From: a virus
Taxonomy: Duplodnaviria; Heunggongvirae; Uroviricota; Caudoviricetes
Direction: 5' to 3' (one strand)
Length of the DNA: 26,512 nt
Virus record (IMG/VR): IMGVR_UViG_2698536335_000001
Span: 1 to 26,512 of that record
Shown here: positions 6,851 to 16,462 of the stretch, in pieces
How the letters are laid out: each line of letters begins with the position of its first letter
Numbering within the stretch: position 1 is the stretch's first letter
Position numbers and translations under genes: made by a program
Notes under the pieces: model-generated
Database searches by the model: none
What the model was told of the DNA's origin: nothing
The model's input: only the letters and a program-made list of their open reading frames with translations

Positions 6851-8653
6851 TTAACCTCTCAAGAAACACGCCACAGCGACATCAAACAGGCTGGAATCCT
6901 GTATTGCCTGCTCACTTTCCCTGTTCGCTTCATCCAGTACTTCACGCGCGCTGCGCGATTGTGGATTACCATCATCATCCAGCACGGTGATTATCATGTC
7001 AGGTGATTCAAGTAGCGAGTCTTCAGCTATGCGCAGATCAATATCTCCTGCCTGATCCGCCATCATTTTTTGTTCTGCCTGTTGCAATATTTTATCAGGC
7101 TCAAAAGGAGCTACTTCGTCTGGCGTCCTGACCTCTGCTGTTTTATAGAATGAAACAGCCTGAGCATTAAGTTCACTTTCTGCCTGCTGTCTCCGAGCCA
7201 GTTCTGCTCGAGCTTCAAAAAACTGACCGCCAGGCTCATGCGGTGCCAACGCGTTACGAGAAAATTCCAGGCGTTCTTGTGCCTGCCGGATTCGTTGGTC
7301 AATATCGCGAAGTCTGGCCTGTTTATCTGATCGAGCACGAGACAAAGCTTTACCGCTACCGGTTGGCTCTTCTGCAAGAATTTGTGCACGCTGTTCAGTG
7401 AGATTTTCAATAATTCGTTGGCTATTAGCGATTTCAGACTGGTAAACCTGTCTATCTCCACGCGGCAAAAGCTGCGCGGCCTGTTCTTCAAGCAACCGAT
7501 TTTCTATAGCGCGCGCCGTTACTCCATCATCTACAGATGACAGAGCCTCATTAACTGCCTGAGACAGCAGACTCTTGCGCCTAGGAATTTCACTGAAAGA
7601 TGCAGACTCAACAATGCTGGCAACGTCTACAGGTCTCCCCTGGCTAACATCAGACATAGCTTTTCGCAGAGCCTGAATGTGAGAATTGCGCGAAAGCACG
7701 TTGATCGGCACGCCGGGCGCAATATCAATTTCAGCATGATGAGCGGCATTCGCCGCCAGTGCAGCATCGATATCAACTGGTGAAAAATTTGGTGCGTTTG
7801 TAGACTCGCCGCGAGAGTTAATAAATCTGCCGACACCACCAAACGCCACCCCAAGAACAGCATCAATAGCAATTGCCTGTCGATCCAACACATCATACTG
7901 GTTAGCCATTTCGCTATAGCCACCATCACGAAGCGTTTTTGCAGTAAGCCCACGCTGTGCCATACCGAACGCAATATTTGTACCTGCGGCATAGGCAATA
8001 TCTGGCGTTGCACGTACTGCTGTTGCTGCGGCGCGTCGCACTGAACTCTCACCAGTCCGCGCAAGCTGAGCCGCCACACCTTCCGCCAGCGCACCACCAG
8101 CACGTAACCCGAGGCTCATAGGGATCAGTGTTCCGGCACCAGCAGTAATGCCCTGCACTAATCCCGCTTCCTGCGCCGTCCTGAAATCAACACCCTGTGC
8201 TGTCAGCCGTTCAAACTCAGAAAAACCCTGTAGCGAAGTTACCGCCGCTGCACCTCCGACAGGACCACCGAGCGTTGTACCGACAACAGCCTGCCCGCCC
8301 ATATCGAACAACCCATAAAGAACCTGCCCGGCGGTTCCGGTTGTCGCGGCATCAGGCGTCAGCCGCTTAACCTGCTGCTCTGCTAGTTTTCTCTGCTCGG
8401 CAATGTATGAAACTGAAGTATCATTGAGCGAGGTGTTTTCGTTAATAAACTGAGCAATCGGGGATACGATTTTATCCATCCCTGCCCATAGCAACTGATC
8501 TGGCTTTGCCACCAGCCCGGAGTACAAACCAGACAATGCCGCTCCTACAGCATTGTCGAAAAAACCAACATCGCTGTTAAAGCCCGCTGGATTTGATGCT
8601 GCTTCGTCAAGTTGCTGATTCTGGTTTACTGGATTAAGGCCAAAGTAACTCAT
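6851..8653 (-). CDS. internal virion protein, Gly/Ala-rich N-terminal half, coiled-coil-like C-terminal half, 600 aa
   Basis: Composition and position in the ejection-protein block; start overlaps the stop of the upstream gene. Confidence 0.75.
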   Translation of the reverse strand: MSYFGLNPVNQNQQLDEAASNPAGFNSDVGFFDNAVGAALSGLYSGLVAKPDQLLWAGMDKIVSPIAQFINENTSLNDTSVSYIAEQRKLAEQQVKRLTPDAATTGTAGQVLYGLFDMGGQAVVGTTLGGPVGGAAAVTSLQGFSEFERLTAQGVDFRTAQEAGLVQGITAGAGTLIPMSLGLRAGGALAEGVAAQLARTGESSVRRAAATAVRATPDIAYAAGTNIAFGMAQRGLTAKTLRDGGYSEMANQYDVLDRQAIAIDAVLGVAFGGVGRFINSRGESTNAPNFSPVDIDAALAANAAHHAEIDIAPGVPINVLSRNSHIQALRKAMSDVSQGRPVDVASIVESASFSEIPRRKSLLSQAVNEALSSVDDGVTARAIENRLLEEQAAQLLPRGDRQVYQSEIANSQRIIENLTEQRAQILAEEPTGSGKALSRARSDKQARLRDIDQRIRQAQERLEFSRNALAPHEPGGQFFEARAELARRQQAESELNAQAVSFYKTAEVRTPDEVAPFEPDKILQQAEQKMMADQAGDIDLRIAEDSLLESPDMIITVLDDDGNPQSRSAREVLDEANRESEQAIQDSSLFDVAVACFLRG

Positions 8654-11163
8654 TGCGGAATATCTCCGGAGAATCTCTGACGCTTCTGTGTCAGATCAAG
8701 AACAACAGGAGAACCATCATCTTTCAGCAGATAACCAGTACCAAGTTTCACCAGGTACTGACTATCGCCGTAACTTTGCAAACCATACTGACCAGGCGGT
8801 GTTTTTATCCCGGTGCCGACAACTTGTTCATTCCAAGCCTGATTAACCTGCTTATCGAATTGCTCTGCAGACATTCCCCACGGCAAAAGGACATTCCCCA
8901 TTCCGTTATAGTCATGCACGCCACCTGTAGCTACGTTAACAGCCTGTTTCCAGATATCAGTGTCAATTTCGCCTGATACCACGCCTTTTTTCGCCATCAC
9001 ACCAGCGTAATAGTCCTTTGCGATCTCGTATGCCATTGATGCCCCCTGAGCATCACCAGCAAATGCATCCTTCACCATGTCAGAAAACTCAAGGCGAAGA
9101 TCAGCATCTTTAGGCATCGGAATACCTTTCGCATCATCAGTACCTTTACGAGCCGCCGCGCCAGCAAGAATTGTCTGCGCAGCGGTTTCAGGAGACACGG
9201 AAACATCCGGATTAAACCAGTTTTTTTCTGCCAAAATACCACCAGGCTTGTCCATCAGTATCCCGGCAACGGCAGCAGATGGAGCGTTGGCACTGATCTG
9301 CTGTAGTGCTGACATATACACCTGCCCACCACCAGTGCTCTGCCTGATGGTATCGAGATATGCTGCCTGTTGGGAAACTGGAGCATCACGAAAGAAAACA
9401 CCGATCTGATTGGCCTCGTCTTTGGAAAAGAACGTCAGTGGAGTGCCATATGACTTAGCAAGGTCACTGACCTGAGCGGCACGCAAGGCAACGCTCTGTC
9501 CAAAGTTATCCTTATTGCTCATGTCGATAGGCTTTGCCTGTCCGGAGGAAAGAGAGAACTGCACAGGATCCGACTGCCGCTGCTTTATCACCTGATTTGC
9601 AGCCGAAACAACGTTGTCATAAAGAGCTGCGCGTGCCGCATACCCCTCCCCTGTATCACCAGTATCCGGGCGTAATTGCTCAACATATTCTGTAATGCTG
9701 CTTGTCGGCATGTTGCGGAAAGAGCCTATATACTGTCCGGCGATCTGCGTATTTCTGAACTCGGTATATCGCAGGTTTCCTTCTCTGACGCCATAAGCTG
9801 CAATAAAATCATCCTCACCAGGTGGGTTAGGAAATTCAACGCCACGCATATACGCAGCCGTCGCATCGCGAACCTTGCTGTCAATTATCGTTTTATATTC
9901 AGCCTGCTGCTGCCGACGCAGTTGATCCGCCTGTCGCATAAAACTTGCCTGAGCCTCAGGAGATGCCGCATCGAATGCTGCATTACCGGTATAGCGTTTG
10001 GTGTTGGTTGGAATTGTTGATAAACCAAGTGCTGCACTAACACCAGCAGTTAACTGCTGATCACTGTATGGCTGACTACCGTTCTCATGATGGATAATGG
10101 CTGCACAAAGCGCCTTCAGGGTATCAGGATTTGATGCATCGAGAGGCTCATCAGCAGAAACGCCAAGTTGTTCGCACACTGCTTTGATATACGACATAGT
10201 GTCATTTTTATCAGTAGGCGGTGCCCAGCGATTAATTATCTCGCTGACGGTATCGATACCCTGCCGCTGATACGACATCAGGTTACGCCCTAATGCACGA
10301 ATCCCGTGCTCAGGTGTTTCGAATTTAGCAAATCGACCATCATCACCGGTCTGGCCTACCCACGGATTAGTTTTGCTGTATTCGAGATTTCCTGGGTTAT
10401 TGTTGCGTATGCCACGGGCACGCTCGGAAGAGTCACTATCTGCTACAGCACGGCGAGCTCCAGCAGCAGTATCACTTAACTCGCCATTACTTTGGATGAA
10501 TGCGGTCGCATTGTTTGCCGACCACTGGGACAATGCGGCATCAGCAACCTTCTCTTTAAACTCGATTTTCTTGGCCTGGATTTGCTCGTCGCTCCAGCCA
10601 TGCGCAATGCCATAATCCTCAATTTGCTGGAAAGTTTGCTTATTAGCCAATACGTATGCGGCGTTGTCGCCATACAATGCTGCGGCATTTTTACCATTGT
10701 TCAGCAGCGTCGCCTGAAACTGGCCTTCTTCGTAGGCATTTATTTGCCCTATCTCGTGCCGCCCGGCCTGCGTAGTGAACTGAATGCGCTGCTGCTGCGC
10801 CTGCTGCATGAAAGCATTACGAGCCTGTTCATCCGGCAGCGACATAGCCAGTTGCTCGACCTGAGCATCAAACTGCTGCGTATACTCCTGACCTTTTCCA
10901 ATAGCATTTTTCCCTTTCAGGTTAAGCAAACCTGTTTCAGGGTTATTCAGCAGATCGCTGCTTATCTGGCTTAAGCTAAGAGAAGCATCCTGAGCCATAG
11001 CAACATTCGCACGCTGTTTTGCCTGCGCAATAATACCTGCATATTGCTCTGCAACATCGCCAAGTACATCACCGACATTTGGTGTCTGAAACGATGAGAA
11101 TCCCTGCGTCGAAATCCCTCTGCTCTGAACCTGACGGCCCGATGTTGTTGGTACAACTGGCAT
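8650..11163 (-). CDS. internal virion / ejection protein, 837 aa
   Basis: Position and size; contains the segment GIRNNNPGNLEYSKTNPWVGQTGDDGRFAKFETPEHGIRALGRNL, which I cannot assign. Confidence 0.75.
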   Translation of the reverse strand: MPVVPTTSGRQVQSRGISTQGFSSFQTPNVGDVLGDVAEQYAGIIAQAKQRANVAMAQDASLSLSQISSDLLNNPETGLLNLKGKNAIGKGQEYTQQFDAQVEQLAMSLPDEQARNAFMQQAQQQRIQFTTQAGRHEIGQINAYEEGQFQATLLNNGKNAAALYGDNAAYVLANKQTFQQIEDYGIAHGWSDEQIQAKKIEFKEKVADAALSQWSANNATAFIQSNGELSDTAAGARRAVADSDSSERARGIRNNNPGNLEYSKTNPWVGQTGDDGRFAKFETPEHGIRALGRNLMSYQRQGIDTVSEIINRWAPPTDKNDTMSYIKAVCEQLGVSADEPLDASNPDTLKALCAAIIHHENGSQPYSDQQLTAGVSAALGLSTIPTNTKRYTGNAAFDAASPEAQASFMRQADQLRRQQQAEYKTIIDSKVRDATAAYMRGVEFPNPPGEDDFIAAYGVREGNLRYTEFRNTQIAGQYIGSFRNMPTSSITEYVEQLRPDTGDTGEGYAARAALYDNVVSAANQVIKQRQSDPVQFSLSSGQAKPIDMSNKDNFGQSVALRAAQVSDLAKSYGTPLTFFSKDEANQIGVFFRDAPVSQQAAYLDTIRQSTGGGQVYMSALQQISANAPSAAVAGILMDKPGGILAEKNWFNPDVSVSPETAAQTILAGAAARKGTDDAKGIPMPKDADLRLEFSDMVKDAFAGDAQGASMAYEIAKDYYAGVMAKKGVVSGEIDTDIWKQAVNVATGGVHDYNGMGNVLLPWGMSAEQFDKQVNQAWNEQVVGTGIKTPPGQYGLQSYGDSQYLVKLGTGYLLKDDGSPVVLDLTQKRQRFSGDIPQ

Positions 11164-11175
11164 CTTATTATCCCC

Positions 11176-11715
11176 TTATCGACCGGTTGGAGTGCCAACA
11201 GCAGCAGAAATCGGCGCAGCCTTCTGAGAGAACGGGCTCCACGTTCCGCCGCCCATCTGGTATGCACCGTATGCTTTTAGTGGTGCCGTTAACAAAGTGC
11301 TGGTCATCGATGATTTAGCAGCCGACTGAGCAGCAGCCCCCTGTGCCTGAGCATTCATTCCCTGAACCTGATACCCATATGCCTCACGCTGAGCATTATT
11401 CACTGTCGTTAACGCATCAAGAGTGCCGAACTGAGCATTATCCGCAAAAACGTCAAGAGCTGTTCCGCTACTTAATTCCGCACCGGTAGCCCCCATAGTG
11501 GCCGCCGCAGTGCCTGAGCGTTGACGCATTTCACGACGACGCTGATCCGCTTCAATATTCCCACGATTGATTGAATCCTGTGCCTGAGCTTCAGCAATTT
11601 CAGCATTCCGATCAGCTATGGCTGACTGGTATTTTGCCTGCTTGCTCTGGCTGTACATTGACGCGGCTGTGGATGCCACTGTGACGGCAACCAAAGCGAT
11701 GGCTGGGTTACACAT
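11176..11715 (-). CDS. internal virion protein with N-terminal transmembrane helix (T7 gp14-position), 179 aa
   Basis: N-terminal hydrophobic segment AIALVAVTVASTAASMY; Ala/Gln-rich; GGAGAG RBS. Confidence 0.7.
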   Translation of the reverse strand: MCNPAIALVAVTVASTAASMYSQSKQAKYQSAIADRNAEIAEAQAQDSINRGNIEADQRRREMRQRSGTAAATMGATGAELSSGTALDVFADNAQFGTLDALTTVNNAQREAYGYQVQGMNAQAQGAAAQSAAKSSMTSTLLTAPLKAYGAYQMGGGTWSPFSQKAAPISAAVGTPTGR

Positions 11716-12179
11716 TATTTTCTCTCCATGTGAAATCTGTGGAAATTAAGACCAAGAGCACCATAAGGCGCGGCTTCTTCAAGCCTGAATCCAAGCCAGT
11801 GCAGCCATGCTTTGGCAACATGGTTTCGCTCGTCGACGTAGTTTTCCAGGCGCGGATAAACTGCCAGCATCTGCTGCAATACAGGGCGGCAGTGGCGAAG
11901 AAATGTCTTCTGATATTTTTCAATACGGCTGGTTCCTACCAGCCAGGGTGTACCATTGCCACCGATCATTGACGCCGGAGATACACCAAACATGGTTACC
12001 AGTTCTCCGTTCGCGAACCCTGACCAAGCCATAGTAGCAGTGCGAAGACCAACACGCAGCGCATCTTCGGTAGTCATCAGCGATACCGCATACAGTTCGT
12101 CAATATCAGCCTGACGAACATCCGGCAAAATCATCTGAAGATGCTCTTCGGTAGCGGGAATAATTTGAACGTCGATCAT
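11715..12179 (-). CDS. hypothetical virion-associated protein (T7 gp13-position), 154 aa
   Basis: ATG overlaps the upstream TGA (TGATG), indicating coupled translation within the operon. Confidence 0.7.
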   Translation of the reverse strand: MIDVQIIPATEEHLQMILPDVRQADIDELYAVSLMTTEDALRVGLRTATMAWSGFANGELVTMFGVSPASMIGGNGTPWLVGTSRIEKYQKTFLRHCRPVLQQMLAVYPRLENYVDERNHVAKAWLHWLGFRLEEAAPYGALGLNFHRFHMERK

Positions 12180-13495
12180 CAGAATCCCCCAACAGTAAGG
12201 CGAGGAATAACGGCAAGAACAGACAGCGGCAACGGGTCAAGCTGACGGATTTTTACACGTCCGTTTTTGCCCCAGTTACTGTCCAGTTTCACTTCTACTT
12301 TTCCGGTAGCATCATCAACAGGATCATCGTAGAACTCGAATTCACGCTGTGGATATTCGTACCATTTACCGCCAGGCGTAGTCGCCCAGATGCCGCGGCT
12401 GGCATTAACAACCAGAGTAACGGAGGGGATCACCTGTTTTTTGTCCAGCAGCGTTTCCTGTCCGTTAATGTTGATATCCAGTGTTTCGAATTCAGCAGTT
12501 ATTGGCAGGCCGATGTGCACTACAGCCCCCGGAGATTCCAGTGTGACGGCACCTCCGGAAACAACTTTCTGTGGCTCAACATTCGCATCAGAAAGAATGT
12601 TTACGGTCTGTCCTTCAAGATGAGACAGGCCTCCAAATGTCCGGCGCGCCATCTGCCAGTTCGTGGTGGCCGTATTCCTGAGGGATGGCGGGACGTTCCT
12701 GTTGGCACGAACCACTACAGCGGTATTGCTGGTTACAGAAATAATGTCGCAACGTAATTCTTTTGACACTTCATCGCCAGTATCAGGATCAGTTCCGGCA
12801 TAAGGGAACTGTAGTTGCGCGCCGACATCACTACTGGTGAAGTACGCACCACCAGAAACACTGATTGTATATTCCGCGCGATAATCCCATTCACCAGAAC
12901 CACCAGTGATGATCATCGTTCTGTCAGACGTATTTCTTCCATCATAGCTAAGGCCAGAATCAACAAAGAAAGCATCTTCATCGCTGGTAAATAAACGGCT
13001 GGACAGCCGCTCGATGTATCTCACTGTTTGCCCGTTAACGGTTCGGTTAACGACGAAATACACCGCATCTTCATTGCCTTCGCTGATACTGCATGTGCTT
13101 TCATATTTTCCGGTACTGGATTGTGGTGCCCATGCAAAAACCTGCTGATCACGCAAATAGGTCATCACCAGTAATTTACCGTCATCACGAATGCAGAAGG
13201 CGCTGGAGTAAGGGACAATAGAGAAGCACCAGTCAACAATGCTGTGCTTCTGAAAAAGATGATTGGCAAGGATGGTCAGGTCGTTCCCCTGATAGCCGTC
13301 AACATCGAATGAGTAGGCCAGATCACGGACAACACTGCCTTTCTCCTGGACGAACAGAGCAATATTCGCCACGGCAATTGGTGGGACATTGCTCGAGCCA
13401 TTTGATCCCTGAGAGCTGAATGCAAATGATGATGGGGTTAATACTTTGTTCTGGTCGCCGGTGATGACGTACTCACCTCCAGAAGTCAGCGCCAC
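12179..13495 (-). CDS. tail tubular protein B-like (nozzle), C-terminal portion; GTG start or frameshifted continuation of 13486-14649
   Basis: No ATG for the first ~110 codons, no clear RBS, begins 10 nt before the stop of the upstream ORF in another frame; position as T7 gp12. Confidence 0.65.
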   Translation of the reverse strand: MALTSGGEYVITGDQNKVLTPSSFAFSSQGSNGSSNVPPIAVANIALFVQEKGSVVRDLAYSFDVDGYQGNDLTILANHLFQKHSIVDWCFSIVPYSSAFCIRDDGKLLVMTYLRDQQVFAWAPQSSTGKYESTCSISEGNEDAVYFVVNRTVNGQTVRYIERLSSRLFTSDEDAFFVDSGLSYDGRNTSDRTMIITGGSGEWDYRAEYTISVSGGAYFTSSDVGAQLQFPYAGTDPDTGDEVSKELRCDIISVTSNTAVVVRANRNVPPSLRNTATTNWQMARRTFGGLSHLEGQTVNILSDANVEPQKVVSGGAVTLESPGAVVHIGLPITAEFETLDININGQETLLDKKQVIPSVTLVVNASRGIWATTPGGKWYEYPQREFEFYDDPVDDATGKVEVKLDSNWGKNGRVKIRQLDPLPLSVLAVIPRLTVGGF

Positions 13496-14649
13496 CAGCG
13501 AACCAACATCATCAGGTGGCGGATCTCATTAACCTGACGCCCGGCATAGGTGTAGATAATTCTGTCGTCATCCTGCGTAGGATTGCTTTTGCCAAAATCC
13601 TTATAATCCCCAGTACGGCTGGCCCAGATAGTCTGAGGGAACGCAGTCGATGCGGCGAAGTAAAGACGTTGTTGATAATAAACAACAGTGCCAGGATAAC
13701 CGTTAATACTGTTCCAGGCATATTTAGCCCATTTATAGCTGGCATTATCCTCGCCAACTACCTGCGAAGGGATATAGGAAATCACCTCGGCAGTTGCAGT
13801 AGTTCCATTTGCAGCAGAGATACGGGCAATGCCAAAACCACTGTGCAGATATTCCCACTCAATGCCAGTATCATCATCACCGGATCCGCCCCAGCCATCC
13901 CATGATGTGCCTTCTGTATGCGAAGGGCGCAAAGTACCTGTTTTGCCTGCTGTAACGGCGCGATAGTAGTTACTGTCTGCACGGCGAATATCGCCAATCG
14001 ACGTACTCTTACTGGTTTCCCATACCGGCACTGAATCCACTGCAGGCTGTTCCAGATAGAACAATTTGCCTACCTGCTCCGCGCCAAAAATAGAGGCGCT
14101 TGCCGTTAACGTAATTGTCCCGGTGCTGGCGCTGGCATAAACCGTCACTGACTCGTCAATATTGATATCTTCAAATGGCCCGTTCTTCGTTACCACATCA
14201 ACCAGTTGCCAGTTGTCATGCGCATAGCGGCGCAACTCTTTCGGCGGGTATGCCGGGTGAACCAGCGTAAGCACGTCGGCGCTTTGCGTGAATTTAATTC
14301 GGAACAGATCGGCTTCAGTATATGGCGTGGCAATTTCATAAATAACATTGCTGCTGTTCAGCACCAACGCACCATCTTTGATAACGCGCATGTACTGGTG
14401 TCCGAACTCCAGAGCATAAGTCTGAACCGTCGAGAACTGGAACGGGATCAGACGGCATTTCCGATTTGGGTATTTGGCGGCACCGACAAAACGCGTACCA
14501 GGTCGATTCTCAACGCCGCCATACTGCCGCACGATAAAGTTATCGCACTTGCGCAAAGCCACCTGGTACTTCGCCATGTCGATACGACCGTACAACGACG
14601 GTCCAATCTCACCACCGGCAAAGCTGGGCTGGATCCAACTGATAGCCAT
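13486..14649 (-). CDS. tail tubular protein B-like (nozzle), N-terminal portion
   Basis: ATG overlaps the stop of the gp11-like gene (ATGA); combined length with 12179-13495 is about 825 aa, close to T7 gp12. Confidence 0.65.
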   Translation of the reverse strand: MAISWIQPSFAGGEIGPSLYGRIDMAKYQVALRKCDNFIVRQYGGVENRPGTRFVGAAKYPNRKCRLIPFQFSTVQTYALEFGHQYMRVIKDGALVLNSSNVIYEIATPYTEADLFRIKFTQSADVLTLVHPAYPPKELRRYAHDNWQLVDVVTKNGPFEDINIDESVTVYASASTGTITLTASASIFGAEQVGKLFYLEQPAVDSVPVWETSKSTSIGDIRRADSNYYRAVTAGKTGTLRPSHTEGTSWDGWGGSGDDDTGIEWEYLHSGFGIARISAANGTTATAEVISYIPSQVVGEDNASYKWAKYAWNSINGYPGTVVYYQQRLYFAASTAFPQTIWASRTGDYKDFGKSNPTQDDDRIIYTYAGRQVNEIRHLMMLVRWWR

Positions 14650-15254
14650 CAGGACAACCTCGCAATGGTAAACTCGTCAACCGGTGGCTGTGGTTCCTGT
14701 GATTCATTCTGGCTATGCGAGCCAGCACTAAGAATCACGCGATTGTACATATTGAGGGCAAACGTACCGAGGTCTGCATTCCCAGTCAGCGCCATGTTAA
14801 TAGCTGCCGCAAGACGCCAGGCCAACGCCTCCATAAAAATGGCATCAAACATGTTCACATCTGTAACGCGAGAGACATACTTGAGCCATGCCTGAGGCTG
14901 GTCTGTGTAGATCAACTTTCCTGTTCCGTTGGTGTCTACACCTACTTCGTACTGAACGCGCATTGCTGCTGTTGGATTGCGTACACCAGGAAGCATAATT
15001 TCAGTAATGCGCAGACAATCGGACGGGTACTGATACGCATATTCCCAGTCAGGCGGTGGATTGCTAGTATCTGCAAGCGCCACGCGTTTGGTAGCAAAGT
15101 TCCAGTCAAAATCAGAAAGCACAGCATCACGGCAGGCCTCAAAGTGCAGCGAACATTCCCCCGCTTCCTTGCTGGCTTCCGTCAGGCTGTTAATGCTGCG
15201 GCTGTTGCCAATATTGGACAGCGCACAATTGCAGATCTCTACTACAGAGGCCAT
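14649..15254 (-). CDS. tail tubular protein A-like (adaptor/gatekeeper, T7 gp11-position), 201 aa
   Basis: Size and position after the head genes; N- and C-terminal regions resemble T7 gp11 as far as I recall it. Confidence 0.6.
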   Translation of the reverse strand: MASVVEICNCALSNIGNSRSINSLTEASKEAGECSLHFEACRDAVLSDFDWNFATKRVALADTSNPPPDWEYAYQYPSDCLRITEIMLPGVRNPTAAMRVQYEVGVDTNGTGKLIYTDQPQAWLKYVSRVTDVNMFDAIFMEALAWRLAAAINMALTGNADLGTFALNMYNRVILSAGSHSQNESQEPQPPVDEFTIARLS

Positions 15255-15577
15255 TACTCACCCCCATTGCCGTACAGGGTTTCAGCCGCTGACTTTTCTA
15301 CATCCCCGGAAACAGGAGCGATCGCCATATCAGTGATCTGCAGATCGGCGCTGCGATTAACACCATCGTCAGTTTCTCTGGCAGACAGGCCTCGAATAAC
15401 AGCCTTTGCAGTTATCATCACTTCTGTTCCGACGCCCTGAGGTTGCGCCTTCAGCTTATTCAATGTGTCGTTATTAAGAGTGATGCACAGCCCCCACGGG
15501 TATTCATCGCGAGTTCTGGTTTCTCCGCTCTCATCCTGGTAGCTGTCAGTGCCGGTTTTGAGGTTTACGAGTTCCAT
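15254..15577 (-). CDS. hypothetical head/tail-associated protein, ~107 aa
   Basis: ATG at 15577 with AGGAG RBS; the track start at 15583 is a GTG extension. Confidence 0.6.
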   Translation of the reverse strand: MELVNLKTGTDSYQDESGETRTRDEYPWGLCITLNNDTLNKLKAQPQGVGTEVMITAKAVIRGLSARETDDGVNRSADLQITDMAIAPVSGDVEKSAAETLYGNGGE

Positions 15578-15584
15578 ATACACT

Positions 15585-15611
15585 CCTGCAATAAAGGGGC
15601 CGAAGCCCCTT
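15585..15611 (-). terminator. intra-operon hairpin (possible attenuator)
   Basis: aaggggc-cgaa-gcccctt hairpin (15594-15611) followed on the minus strand by TTTATT, between the stop at 15628 and the next start at 15577. Confidence 0.4.
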
Positions 15612-15627
15612 GTCTGATCCGCGAGGC

Positions 15628-15963
15628 TTACACGCCCAGTTCTTTACGCTTATCTGCGATCTTCTCGCGGAGCGTTTCGGCTTTGGCGTTATGGTGTGGC
15701 TTCTCGTTAAAGAGCAATTCGTACTCTTCACGGAGCTTATCCAGTTCACCATCATCTGACACATCGTTGATGATTTTGGTGCTGGTTGCTGCCATTGACA
15801 CCTTTCCTGCAACTTTTGCTTTTGCCTGTCTGGCTGCATCGTTAACAGGTTCCAGTGCGCTACCAGGCTCACCTTCGTATTCGATTTCTACCCCCTCCGG
15901 CCACAGTGTGTTATGGATATGAGAGAGGCGCAGAACGCGGTATCTTGGTTTCTCACCTGACAT
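15628..15963 (-). CDS. hypothetical structural protein, ~111 aa
   Basis: ATG at 15963 with AAGGTGA RBS; the track start at 15972 is a GTG extension. Confidence 0.6.
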   Translation of the reverse strand: MSGEKPRYRVLRLSHIHNTLWPEGVEIEYEGEPGSALEPVNDAARQAKAKVAGKVSMAATSTKIINDVSDDGELDKLREEYELLFNEKPHHNAKAETLREKIADKRKELGV

Positions 15964-15973
15964 CGATATCACC

Positions 15974-16411
15974 TTAACCAGTTACTTTTGAGCGGATCGG
16001 GTACGGCGTATTGGCATCAACATCAAGACTGATACCCGCAGTGAATTCGCCAGCCGTTAGTGGGCCAGTTGCGACGGAGTAGTTAACACGCAGATATCGC
16101 TGAACACCGGCAGGCACCTTTGCAGAAACAACTCGTTTACCTGCTGTCAGGGCGGTCTTTGCCAGTGCACCACTATCATAAATAGTGGTCCATGAGCTGT
16201 TATCCTCACTCGTCTGCAACTGGATGTTTACAGTTGCATCACCGCTTGCTGCGGCGGCTGTGTTAACCAGCGCCCAAAACTCAAGCGGGTAACCCACGCC
16301 GATATCACGACGTTTTCCGTCAATTGGACCGAGATCGATTACGTCAGTAGAAGCGGCGGTATTCGTAACCGCCTGAGCTTCGGAGAACATCAACAGTTTG
16401 TCGGTGATCAT
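15974..16411 (-). CDS. hypothetical structural protein (possible capsid decoration or minor capsid protein), 145 aa
   Basis: Immediately downstream of the major capsid gene; GGAGA RBS; Ala/Thr/Gly-rich. Confidence 0.6.
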   Translation of the reverse strand: MITDKLLMFSEAQAVTNTAASTDVIDLGPIDGKRRDIGVGYPLEFWALVNTAAAASGDATVNIQLQTSEDNSSWTTIYDSGALAKTALTAGKRVVSAKVPAGVQRYLRVNYSVATGPLTAGEFTAGISLDVDANTPYPIRSKVTG

Positions 16412-16462
16412 CTTCTTTCTCCATTAGTGGGCCTGTTGCGACCCACAGGTTAATAACAGGCG

